Shown piece by piece: positions 1-12,572 of a stretch of DNA of 64,000 nt (the stretch's first letter is position 1; the number at the start of each line of letters is the position of its first letter). The notes under the pieces were generated by a model. The model made no database searches. It was not told the DNA's origin and saw nothing but the letters and a program-made list of their open reading frames with translations. Origin of the DNA: Selaginella moellendorffii (lineage: Eukaryota > Plantae > Lycopodiophyta); assembly GCF_000143415.4 (NCBI RefSeq), contig NW_003314434.1, forward strand, positions 62,001 to 126,000, in the 5' to 3' direction. Both the position numbers and the translations under genes were made by a program.

Positions 1-163
1 CGAGAATGCTGTAGATTGTGACCAGCTCAACTCCGCTGCCTACATTCTTCTATCAAACTTGGCTCCATCCTGATAAGAAAACTTCTTATCTTTATTTTGT
101 GATCCTGGTGGACTCACCGCCATGTAATCGCCTCTGGTAACTTCATCATATCTGCCAAGCGAT

Positions 164-2008
164 TTAGATGCTACTTCCCTGCAAAAGTAACGGAGAGAGA
201 TGGCTGAAAATGTTATAAACACTAGCGAACCATACCTCTTCACGGCTTCCAACGTTGCATAAAAGGGAAAACAGTACAGTGCCATGTCCAGCAACTTCTT
301 CGGCTAAAACGTTGATCACTGCCACTGGTTTCTGGCTCCAAGCTTCATTTCCAGCGCAAGCTACGTACTCGTCCGTCTCGTTTTTCGGGGTCCTTCGTTG
401 TATGAGGTGTACCAGAGGCAACGTGACCGTTCGCTTCTTCCGCGATAAGTTGAAAAAGGCGATATAGATTTGTCCATTGCCTCGCCCATGAGCGACCCAC
501 ACTCGTTCTGCGTCATTCCCTTGAGCGTTTCTGTTGCCCGTACTGTGAGAGTTTACTTCCAAAACCGTCGGATTTGTAAGCAAGCTCAATGTTTCATTGT
601 CCAAACGTCGTAAATCACCTCCAAACATGAGAGGAGACTTTGCCACTGCCCAGAGCGTCATCTACCAAGAAAAAATGTGAGTGATGTGCATTACAATGTA
701 CACTTAACTGAACCTGTGTTTTCTTCTCCTCCAAAGACAGCCTAGAATTTCGATACGGACCATAAGCAGCAGCTGGAACGAGAAAACCCTGACTTCGTCA
801 AAAGAACAAAACAAAAAACTAGTTTACCAGGATCCGTAAGACGTCCAAATGGTAGCATATCTAAGTCTACCCAAGACTTGCCTCCAACCACGCTAGGAAT
901 GGCAATGAGTCCCGCATCTGCGAAGTCTCTGAAACAGTGCAAGTTAACAGAATACAAAGAATGCAATTCTTGGTACCTTGCTACATCAAAATGCTTCACG
1001 AGATACTTCCAGTCGTCCCAGTCGTCCCCAGTAACTCGATACATGTTTACAAGTTGCGCCACTCTTGCAGCCAACCCGGGTGTTGCTCCATCTCCCGGGG
1101 ACAAAGAATATATCATCGGACGTCCTGAGTTACGAATAGCTTTTGAAACTGTGAGTATCTCGTCGAGCTGGGGATTCTCTGCCCCGAAAACGCAGTCATG
1201 TTTGATGAAGTCTATCCCCCAAGAAGCATATTGATCGTAAAGAGATTGAATGAAAAGCTTTCCACCTTCACTGCTGGTATTGATCCCCACAAAGCATTGT
1301 TGCATCCACGGGCAGGCTTGATCCATCAAAGCAATATCTTTAGCGTTCCATGCATGTCCATTGCTCTTGAATGCGCCCAAGATCGGAGTTTTCTTCTTTA
1401 CTGCTGTCGTGCTGATTCCTCTCATGACGTGAATACCGAGCTTAAGACCCAGTGCATGAACTTTAGCGGCAATAGGTGCAAATCCTTTTCCACCGGTCGT
1501 GGAAGGCCATCGTTTTGGATCCGGAAGCGGTCGTCCCCACTTATCAATGAGATCGTAACCGGGCGACTTTGCAGAAGTTTTAAACCATCCATGTTTTAGC
1601 TTACGATACCACAGGTAATCTATTACGACGTACTGCATCATATCTGACTGTGAGCTTGACAGGCGAAAAACAAGTAGCCGTTACCTCATATCCATGCGGC
1701 TTAAGAGTTTCTGATACAATTTTCGCATTTTCCAAAAATTGTTCCTCAGAAATAGTAAAAGAAAACGAATCATAAGAATTCCAGCCGCGAGGTGGCGTTG
1801 CGGCGCTACGCGCACTGGAAAAGGACAAGCTGCTTGTCAGCTAAAGAAGTAAGAGAGTTTACGCTAATATCGCGCTCAGCAAAAGAATAAGAAGCAGAAA
1901 GCTGCAGCAACAGGGAACCTTGATTCTGTATAAAGCTGCAACAAGTTTAAAGCAAGCACAATTGAGAATTTCGCAAAACATTTACTCACAGCTAGCCAGG
2001 AAACTCAT
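164..2008 (-). CDS. GH27 alpha-galactosidase (melibiase-family), multi-exon, probable signal peptide
   Basis: TPPRGWNSYDSF, IDYLWY, YASWGIDFIKHDC (nucleophile Asp), MYRVTGDDWD (acid/base), DLDMLPFG and MTLWAVAKSPLMFGGD, followed by a C-terminal beta domain. Putative ATG at 2008 is followed by a GT donor; stop at 164. Confidence 0.9.
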
Positions 2009-2128
2009 TTCGTCCTCTGAATCTAGTCTTGGTTAACTGCAATAACCGCCGAACTGTTCTTCGTGAAAAACCAGAAAGAAAAGAGTATTTTTTGTCTTAC
2101 CGTCTCGGGTAGTCAAAGTCATATCGTT

Positions 2129-5100
2129 CTAACGTTGCAAATTACGATGGAAATATGGATGACTTAAAGCTTCGTCCACTGAAATACGATCCTCCTGAAA
2201 ATGTTAAGTCAGGAAACGTATAGAAAAAGCGTTTTAAAGCTCACCGGATACCATTGAAGAAGTTGACGTAGAAGCCGAAATGACCATATGTCTGGCATGC
2301 TGCAACAGAAAGTTAATGCCTTAAACACGTACATGGCTCAGACAAACCCCAATCCTAGTGGATCTCGTTGCTGGATCTTTCTCTGCAGGGCAGCTTCACT
2401 ACAATCCATTGAAGCAAGCTGACTTTCTTCCTGAACAAGTAAATATGTCACAAAGTTTGAGATCAGATAACTATCGGACCTGGTGGTTCACAGTTTCATT
2501 TCGATGATGCCGAGGAGGAACACGAGGCAAGAAAATGCACATCTCCATGAAAGCTCGTAACCTGAAGAAATTCTTGTAACATCACGTTTGGCAGAAAACA
2601 GACAACGTACTGACATGTAAGCAACGTTTTTCGACTCTTCGTCCCAGCCTCCCAAACTTCTGTCGAGAAGAACTCGTGTTCGAGCGCTTATTTGAAATAC
2701 ATGGGGAGTGCCTAGAACGATTTCCAGCATTATTACCCCTACACTCCAGATGTCATGCCTACAGCAACAAAGTAAGACCATTTGCTAAAACAGAACTCAC
2801 TTACGCCTTGGTTTGATTTGGATGGAAATGCATCCAGTGGTCAAAAAGTAGAGCTTCTGGAGGAGCGTACTCCGGCGTGTGCTCATTTCTGAGTCTTGAT
2901 TGTTAGAAGCACACTCAAACAAAGAAATTTACCTGCTTGGTCCCGCAGATCCATACAAATGCTGTAGCGTAAATGGATTTATAGCACTCCCGAAATCAAT
3001 TAAGCGTCTGAAATATATGTATTAGTACCTTGATGCTCCTTCGTTTGAACTTACAAACTGAGATTCGCAGGCCATTTGATACTTTTATTCGTACTATCCA
3101 CAGGTTCTTGGACGACCATGTTTTCTGAGACGTAGAGGTAAGCGAGCAAATAGCTGTAAAACATATGTTATACCTGGTTTTAAGTCTCGATGTGTAATAT
3201 TACGATCGTGGCATGCTTTGACGGCTAATAGCTGAAAAGATACAATTTCAGTTTCCAATGATTCAAACACTAAATCAACCAGGAACGTACCAACTGACGG
3301 AGTAAGTTGCGCATTTCCCGTTGACCTTTTTTTGTAGTTTTCAGCCACCGCCACCATGCCGATGGTCGTACGACTTCAAACAGTCTTTTGTCTTCGCTTT
3401 CAGAGCCATTACTTCCTGGTGCTCGTTCCGATTCGTAAAGCAGCCGAGATAGAGATCGGCCTTCTTTCTTAAACACTAGCCAGAGATTGCCTTGCACCAC
3501 AAACGAGTCCAGGAAACGCGCTACATGGTTGAGTCCTTCCTCGGTACTTAGCCGACTTCTGGACGCGTTTAAGAAAATCTCTCCGAAGTGCCTCTCTCTC
3601 AAACCACTCAATCGAATTTCCGGCCGTCCATTGAGCTGCAGCATTCTTAAAAAATTAGAGACAGTAAGCACATGCTTAAAGAAGAATCTACCAGAATTTG
3701 CTTCAAGACGAAAACATCGTCCTCAAGACCGTCTGCATTTGACTCAAAATTATCCTCGTGCAAACGCCATTCGCAAAACCCCGTTCCAAGCTCTTCAGTT
3801 TTGCATTCCTTTCGGAGAGCCAACCATATTTGCCCGAAAGAACCCCGCGCAAACTTCTTTTTAAGAATGTACCTGCAGTGTTAACATTGTGAGTATGTTG
3901 TGAATAGGATTGTTCTTACCTATAATGATGAAGCATAAAAGAAGGGGGAGCTTCAAAGACTTTTGATGTAGAGACATTTAAGCTTGCGAAGCTCTCAAAA
4001 TCAGTGGGAACTGCAGCAATAAGGTCTATAAGTTGGCATGGTGCGGGATTGTGCTCGACATTTGCAGGAACGGCTTCCCTCGTGTCTGAGAAAAACAGCG
4101 TTTTATTATTTGTAATCCAAACCCGTCTTTACCTGGGAGTACGAAACTAAACTTAGAAGGGCATAGCTTCTCTGGTTTCTTCGAACGACCTTCATACTGA
4201 AAATGAGAAATCACTTCTCTATGTAGAGGTTCTGTGAGTGAATAGCAAAAGCGAGCGCCTTCACGACCAACCTAAAAGAGAACATGAGTGATACTCAAGA
4301 TAAAATGAAAACTTACAATGACACCAGTTACAAGAGATCCTGGTGTCTTAGTAACACTCTCAGGAAAGTAATTACAGCCTGTAGACAAAAAAGCATGAGG
4401 AAAAACATTAAGGGAAAAAAAAAGGTGCTAGAACCTGATGTCGCATTGTCATCCATAGTAGTATCGTGATCGTTCTCGCTCTTTTCAATATTCGGAATAT
4501 CGCCAAGGGCATAGACAACGGTTGCAAGATTGTCTGTACTTCCCAGTTTAAAAGCACTGTCGACGATTCCGTCGGCCATAACATTAAGCTGATATCTGCC
4601 AGAGGTTATCTCGTTCTCCAAATCTGATCGCCCCGGTAAACAGGTATGCAGGAAGTCGCGGCACAAATTCGACTCAGGTGGAGAAGTCATTTCTTTTGGA
4701 GGCGGCAAGGGAATCGCAACTTTCGCAGATAAAAACCTGTTCTTTAGAGTTCGAGAAACGTCCTTTCCGACCTCAATACTTTTTAAGACCGCGCAAACAT
4801 CCTGGGAACTCATAGTCTCAAAAATCCCATCGGATGCTAGAACTAGATATTTGTTCTTGTCACCAATCTTTTTCCAGCCAGTAAATTCGGGTTCTGAGAT
4901 TACACCGTACCTAAACGTAAAACAAAATGAAAATGCAAAGAGACAAGTATATGACGAGAAGTATAACTTACTTCTTAAGCGCCAAGTCTCCAATAGACCG
5001 TGAAACAGCTAAAATTCCAGCGACACGGGGAATGCTTCGGGAGTGTTCGACATAACCACCAAAGGACTCAATTCTCAGCTTCTCGTCTCTTCGGTTGGGA

Positions 5101-5983
5101 TGATGATCTAACGTAAGCTCCTCCGCATTTAGAACGCCAGATTCTGCAGGCGGCAGTTCAGTACTCACGAGTAGCATGCAACACATTAACTTACCTTCAT
5201 CAGATAGAGAACAAATTAAAGCTTTGGAGTCGCCAATATTCGCTACGAGAACATGATCGTCAATTACAATGGCTACACAAGCAGTCGTGCCTCCCATCGC
5301 TTCACCGTCAATGGCTCTCTGTAAATCTTGGCATGAAAACCATCTAGGATCTAGATCATTAGCTTCAGACCTTAATAAAAGCTTCTTCGATGTCGACCAA
5401 AGCCGCTGCGAGTGCTTCCTTCATAATCTTTCTCCAGAAAATTCCTTCCAGCTCTTCATCCGAAATAGAAGATTTAGCGTCAGGAAAGTTGTCATTCCTT
5501 GGCGATTGCAATGTCGCTGTAGATATCTTGTACACGTGATGTAGGAAATACTTATGGAGGCAGTGTGCGCAAATCGAACTGGCTGTTTTACTACCGTGGC
5601 CATCAAAAACTCCAAGCAAAGAAAACGAAAACTTTTTCCCTGTCAACCGAGATGAGCTAGAGAAAAAATGGAGGGAAATTCACGCAATACTGACCTGATA
5701 GAGGAGGAAGATCAATTCCAGGAAAACAAATCAGCGTGTCTTCCTGTGTCGGCCTCCGACCTATCCGAATCGATGTTCCACAGCTGCCATCTGCTACTCC
5801 CGTCGAAACATTACCCAGGCAGCTCCCTGGCGCCACAATCTCGATGAGATTCTTCCAGTCCTCGGAAAATCTTTGCTTCGTCGCGTCATCGATCAGATCT
5901 AGATAATCCACCACCGCATTTGATCCCTGTGCTCGATGAGCCAGAGCGATCCACACCAGAATCCAGAGCAATGACTCCCGCAT
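2129..5983 (-). CDS. PP2C phosphatase + Ser/Thr protein kinase two-domain protein with hydrophobic N-terminus, multi-exon
   Basis: N-term MRESLLWILVWIALAHRAQG. PP2C motifs RRPTQED, VFDGHG, GGTTA, VANIGDS, LAVSRSIGD, LASDG, GSTDN. Kinase motifs RGSFGQIW, HRDLKP, LIDFGSA, EYAPPE, DIWSVG, RISVDEALSHPYF. Stop at 2129-2131. Confidence 0.85.
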
Positions 5984-6505
5984 TTGCTGCTGCGCCGGAA
6001 CAATCCACACAAGATCATCTGCCCCCCACTTTAGGGCTTATACCCTGTTGTTAGGGTTCTAGCGAGAGTGAAAATGTCTTAACCGAATATTTTAACCTAA
6101 CGCCAACCGTCGATACAGGTTCCATTCAGGCCAAGATCCTGTATGCGCTGAAGGTAAAGATTTCCCACGCGAGGCTTGATCCAACGCTCCTGGGCTCGCC
6201 AGCTCAGCAACGTGAAACATCGGTAAACGACTATGATGCCTCCGTACGCCACAGGGAACAATCACAGCGCCAGCATTTGGCCACGTGGATAGGCCTTACG
6301 TGATCGCGTTGAGGCCGTCACTTCCCGCAATCCAACGGTTGAGTAACAAACCTCTCACGGCCTTCTTCCCTTCTTCTTTGCCGCGCGGCCATGCTCCTCT
6401 TTGCATTCTCGCGAATCTTCCAAAAACCTATCTCTTTCTTGTTCTTCTCTTCGCGAAGATGAGGAGTTTCTGGTAGGGGGACTTCCAGCGGGCGATCGAT
6501 CGAAG

Positions 6506-8726
6506 ATGCGCTTCCACTGGCGATGCGGCGCCAATCCCGATCCTCCCGACGCGCTCCCAGCTCATCAAGATCCTGCGCCACAGGTGATTTCGGCTCCGAT
6601 CAACAGGCGCTCCCGGAAATTCGAGAAGGAAGGTCCGTTTGCTGTCGTCCATGGGGCGCTGCCGGCACACGCGAAGAAATTCCAGCAATTCAGGCACACG
6701 TTGCAAGATTTCGTGGAGTTCGTCCTCTTCCGGGCAATGCTGCACACGAAGAAGGGAGCGCGGAACTGGGGAGTGTTTCTATCTGCATTGGCGACGATCT
6801 TTCTCGTCACGCTCAAACTAGTCTCGATCGGGCGGTCTCTTCCAACGCAGGCTGGATTCCGGGTGAGAATTTCTCGCCTCCTCCTTGGAACTTCTCTGAT
6901 TCTTAGCGCTCAAATTTCACAGGATCGTCCTTCCAGCGCGATGCTACGAGCGGTATCGGAGTCGGAGTTCGCGATCGTCGATCCCACACAGAAAAAACTC
7001 CTTTCTTCCTGGGTAGGCCGGCAAGAGGTTCGTAAATTCGACTCTTTAGGTTTTAGTTAGTTTTGGGTGTAAGCAGGACTATGACGAGCTCTGGGCCAGG
7101 CCACGCAGCGATAGATACCGCCAATGCATTGCTCGTTCCCGGCATCATAGAGGTACCTAGAGCTTTTTCCTGTCTTAGCGGATGAAGCTTACATCTTTAT
7201 GGGTGGATGTTTTTTTGCAGGACCAGAAGCAGTGACGAATGGTTACCTTTTAGTGACTGCCAATGGCGGACTCAATCAAATGCGAACGGGGGTATGCTTC
7301 TGAGACTTGTATTTTTCAAAGAAATCGTTGAAGGCCGGAGGTTTTTCTGCTTGATGTAGATTTGCGACATGGTTGCTGTCGCTCGGCTTATGAATGCGAC
7401 CCTCGTCGTTCCTGTCCTTGACAAGACATCCTTTTGGAATGATCCCAGGTAGCTCCAGTTCGTTGAACTGTTCGGTTCGTCGTTTCAACTTACTGTTTCT
7501 TCTCAGCGATTTCAAGGACATATTTGATGTAAACTATTTCATCCACGCGTTAGAGAAAGACGTGTCTATTGTTGAAGCGCTGCCTCCCTCTCTCCGGGAT
7601 GTCGTTCCTTTCCGCAAGGCTCCTGTATCGTGGTCCAATGTAAGCTTTAAGTTTTTGTCTTTGTGCAATGGTTGCTTTATCTTTGTACTGTTCCAGGAAT
7701 CATACTATAGAAACAACATGACGGTATTGCTCAAAGAGCACAAGGTTTTGCACCTGACGCATGCAGACTCGAGGCTTGCCAACAACGGCCTTCCAGACGA
7801 GATCCAAAGGCTGAGATGCCGTGCGAATTACCATGCACTCAAGTTCACAGAACCTTTGCAAAGAGTGGCAGACGCGCTGATCAAGAGAATGCAAAGTACA
7901 GGCCCGTTCATTGCGCTGCATCTCAGGTAGTGAAAACTTGAGCTTGTGTTTCTTTCTCTAATTGCTCGTTCCAGATACGAAAAAGACATGCTGTCTTTTA
8001 CTGGATGTACACACGGTTTGTCCACAGAGGAAGCACGAGAACTGAAGCGCATGAGATACGACGTGCGGCATTGGAAAGAGAAGGAAATTGACGGCGAGGA
8101 GAAACGCAGGCAAGGTGGTTGTCCTCTAACCCCTTACGAGACTGGGCTTTTTCTCAAAGCTCTTGGCTATCCCGAGCCCACGGCCATCTACATTGTCGCC
8201 GGGGAAACTTATGGGAACGGCAGCATGGCGTCGCTGAAGAAGATCTTTCCAGGCGTGTACTCTCATTCGACGTTGGCAACTTATGAGGAGCTCTCAACGC
8301 TCGCTAGGTACCAAAACAGGCTCTCGGCTGTGGATTACGCAGTGGCTCTTGAGAGCGATGTCTTCGTGTTCACACACGATGGAAACATGGCCAAAGCGCT
8401 CCAGGGACACAGACGCTACGATGGCTTTCGGAAGACAATCAGCCCGGACAGGTTCTTTTCCATGCTACGTTTATAGTTTCTCCCATTCTCTAACTTTCGT
8501 TCCACTCTCCTCCAGGCGAAAGCTGATTCCGCTCATTGATAGCTATGGAGCTGGGAATATGTCTTGGGATGAATTTGCGTCTCAAGTGAAAATGCTACAC
8601 GAAGTGAGGACTGGAGGTCCAGCGCTAAGAGTTCCTGGTCCCGTCCCAAAGCACGAAGACTATTTCTTTGCCAACCCGTTTCCTGGTTGCATATGTGGAA
8701 GAAACAGCAGCGCCAGGGAAGTGTAG
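6506..8726 (+). CDS. O-fucosyltransferase family (DUF246/GT106) type II membrane glycosyltransferase
   Basis: N-terminal [18 protein letters not shown]; spliced [28 protein letters not shown]; [18 protein letters not shown]; GGCPLTP; [13 protein letters not shown]; [11 protein letters not shown]. Start could alternatively be 6737. Confidence 0.9.
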
Positions 8727-9864
8727 AGCGCTCTTTAACTTATGTACAAAGCCCAGGAAATTTTTTTTCATGGCATGGTTATGGGTCAATGTAGATTCAA
8801 CATGGCTGAAATTTTCCATTTCAATTTAAGCACAGCACCACAAGTTGAGAACTTTGAGCTTGGATCCAGCAGCGATGGCCAAAGCCAGCGCCACCTTAAC
8901 TCTAGTCGATGAGAAGCGAAAGTTCTCGAGCTGGACAGCCTTCTCGACGAGCCTGGCAAGAGATCTGGCTCCTTGATCGCTGGTCATGTTGTTGTTGTGG
9001 AAGTGGAAGAGCTTGAGAGAGCTGGCGGTGGTGACGATCTCGCATGCAGCACGATGGAGATGTTCCAGGCTCCGAAATGTCCCGGGATGCGCGGCGCTGG
9101 AGTATATAACTCGTGATCATCGTGATCGCTTCGAAGACTTGAGCGCTGTTGATAGTACCACTACACCACCACAGGAGCATCGTGAGAAGAGAACAATGAG
9201 GTTGCCTGGCCCCGCATAGTTGTGTTCTTCACGAGCAAGAGAGTCTTAGCTTCTCCATCACGAGGCCATGGTTCTTCAGCTGCTGTGGTCTCGAGTGATG
9301 GATTGTTCGCTGTGTCGGGAGTTCGTAGTGACTGTTTGTCATGCGAGCTTAGATTGAGACGTACTGCTTCCTACTGGAAAGTTTGTAGCTCCCGGTCCTT
9401 GGGAGCTGCCAGATCGTTAACCTTCATATCAGATGAGCCTGACTTCAGCAGGTAAAACATTGTTTCAGTCCAAGCTACTTAGAACTCTGAGAATGTGAAG
9501 TTGTTTTACCTGGTCACACAGGATTTGTGCAGGCTCAAAGTTTTCGCTTGATCGTGATCGATCACTCGGTCTAGGCTGTGAAGATAAAACGATCACGATA
9601 ATTACGAGTTATATACTCCAGATTAACTTTAATTTTCTCACTAGATCTTTCAGCCATCATCCAGCTGAAGAAGTTGGTAGAACCTTGTAAATTTTTTGTG
9701 AAAATGGAATAAGTAGGCAAAGGAGTTTCATGAGATGGTGCTGATATTGTTGACCATGTTTAGCTGGAGATCAAAGCATTATAAGTCATTAAAGAGCCCT
9801 TACTTGATAATTACTTGATAAAAACGCCCTTCCTATTTATTCCTTAAGATTCTAAACATTCATG

Positions 9865-11135
9865 CACTACAAAAATGGTTAAATACTATTTAATTACTAC
9901 AACTACAATCTCATTTCTTTGTTTTTTTTTTCTGTCTAGTTATTCATGCTTGTGTAGGTTAGAAAAGTTGTTTGAGCTCAATTAGTATATACTAGTACCT
10001 AGCTCTATAGCCAGTTTGATCCAAAGTCAAGCACTCTCAAGTTGGAAGAATTCTCAAGGCAGGGTGGAACAAGTTCCTAGAGCTAGTTCTTACCCAAAGT
10101 CTAAATATTTGAGAGACAAGAGAATGTAAATGTCTTTTGGGATGTATTTTGTGAGCTGATTCTTGCAAGCCTGAGGAACTTGAGCTTCAAGGAGCTAGTG
10201 AGCTGGCCTAGTATCATGCTATAAAGATGTGTACAAAATCTGACTTTCCTCTTAAAGTGAGGTATTCTATTTCATGGTGGTGGTGGATATACTTAAGGAT
10301 ATTCTACTATTTAATGGGTATTATTTAATTAAATTAATCTTGTATTTACAATTTATAGACATGTATATAATTTATAAAATTTCCTAAACACTTTCTAGTA
10401 TATTCTTATTTATTTTACCATCTAATGGTTGATATGCAATAAGATTAATCTTGCTTTATAAATTATAAACATAAAAATTCCTTAATATTCTAAATATTCA
10501 TAGTGATAGTATATTCTAATTCCACACACTACAAAAATGGTTAAACACTATTTAATTACTACAGCTACAATCTTATTTCTTTGTTTTTTTCTGTCTACGT
10601 GCTAGTGTAGGTTAGAAAGTTGTTTGAGCTCAATTAGTTTATACTAGTACCTAGCTCTATATTGCATATCTCAGGGGAATATAAGCTATCCGGATGTATG
10701 TTTGATCCAAAGTCAAGAACTCTCAAGTTGGAAGAATTCTCAAGGCAGGCTTGCACTCCTTAGAGTTGGATTTTCCTCAAAATCTAAATACTTGAGAGAC
10801 AAGAAAATGTAAACATTTTTTGGGATGTATTCTGTGACCTGATTTTTGCAAGCCCAAGGCACTTGAGCTTCAAGAGTCTAGCAAGCTAGCCTAGTATCAT
10901 GGTGCTACAAAATCTCACTTTCCTTTCAAAGTAAGGTTCTATTTCACCCTAGAATTTTGTCTAGGTTGGTGGTGGATATACCTAGAATATACTTAAATAT
11001 TCTAGGATATTCTACTATTTAATGGGTATTATTTATTTTTTATAAAACATGTTTATAATTTATTAACTTTCCTAAATATCCTAGTATATTCTTATTTACT
11101 CTGGTTGGTTAATCTTGATTTATAAATTATAATTA
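9865..11135. repeat. Diverged direct tandem duplication, ~660-bp period (units start 9865 and 10527)
   Basis: Both units begin CACTACAAAAATGGTTAAA and share colinear blocks such as GATCCAAAGTCAAG..CTCTCAAGTTGGAAGAATTCTCAAGGCAGG and GGTGGTGGATATAC. Confidence 0.85.
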
Positions 11136-12572
11136 TAATTATAATTATTAATCAATTAGATTATTTAATAATACTAAATAGCAATGACACTACTATTAAG
11201 CAAATCAAATGTTGCTACATGCAAGGCACAAAAAATTATATTTCTATAGGGTGCTGCCAAGTCACAGTAGAAATTTTTAATAATAAGGTTGTCAAACCCT
11301 AACTGTCAAAAAGTCATTTTATAACCATGTCTTAGTGAATAATTGTGTTGATGTTTGCTTTTAGCTAATGGGAGGTTTGCATATCTTCGATTTTCTTGCT
11401 AAATTGCTTCTAGAGTGCTGTGATTCATAGCTCCTCAATCTCTTTATTTCCCCCAGCATGCTCTAGGGTATTCTCTACAGGCGTGCAACAGCATCATGGG
11501 TGAAAGGGTGAAGCTAAGCACCAAGATATCAATGCACTAATATCTATGCTTGAGAAAATCAATAGTGTCAAGTCAATCAAGTCAATGGTGTTTCAGTTCC
11601 CCACAATGCTCAAGCTTGTCAAAGGGCCACTCCAAAAGGCTGGTTTCAAGCTGAAGATTGGCATGAGTGGCAGCAAGAGGAGTGGCTTCTTCTCAACCTT
11701 AAGGTCACTGGAGTGTTATGACATCCAGAACGTTTTTGTGATGGATCAATCCTTGGTAGAATCTGCAAACCATGGTTTGAGTTCACACTTGAGGTAACTT
11801 CCAAGGCTTAAAGTTCATGTTTATTCAAACTCTTAAGAAATGGCTAAATAATTTAATTTTCTGATGTGATCCCAAGCTCCAACAAAGTTATAGTGACATG
11901 TTTGCAAGTTGATTGTCAAATTGCTCATATAAATGCATGTACTGAATGAAAAATGTAGACCTGACTGTGATTAGCATCAGCTTTAACCAGCTACTTAATT
12001 TAGGACCCTTTTATGATGGCTACAGCAGGTAGGGACTCTAATTTGGGGTCTAAAAACCATGTAGAATATAGTAATTAGTCATCCAAACAATTTCCCTTTG
12101 CAGCAGCAAACTAAACAGATGTAGAGATAGTGAAAGTCTTAGTGCTTGATAAAATGGAATGTAATTACTTTCCTTTCCCAGAATGAGTGATTCCAACTTA
12201 GGTCTTGCCAGCCTAGATACTAAAATCCCATCGACTCAATTTCCTTTTGTCTTTCAAACTTTTTTGTGGCTAGATCCAGACATTCAGAAGCACACTTCCA
12301 GCCAAAGTGTCTTGTAGCATTGTAGGAGGTAATTGATTTTATAATGTTTAGTCTATGTGTTTGTAATGGGATTTTGTAGTTATATAGATGGCTTCTGGGA
12401 TCTGATAGTTTCTTACATGTTTCCTCAAATACAACAATTGCTATTTTGATACTATTCCAACTTAATTTTTAAAAAGCTATAAAGTGTTTGCTATATTGCT
12501 AATTTATACATTAATGTGAAATACATTTTAGTAAGGGTTAGGGCATTAAAGGCATTTTGCAAAGGGCAAGCT

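Noticed and set aside
4328-4435. Apparent transmembrane helix (FFFPLMFFLMLFCLQ) between PP2C and kinase, suggesting a receptor-like topology
   Set aside because: It is the translated pyrimidine tract of a GT..AG intron; the spliced frame reads TSG/CNYFPES.
8880-9460. Short ORFs downstream of the glycosyltransferase
   Set aside because: No motif, splice model or repeat support.
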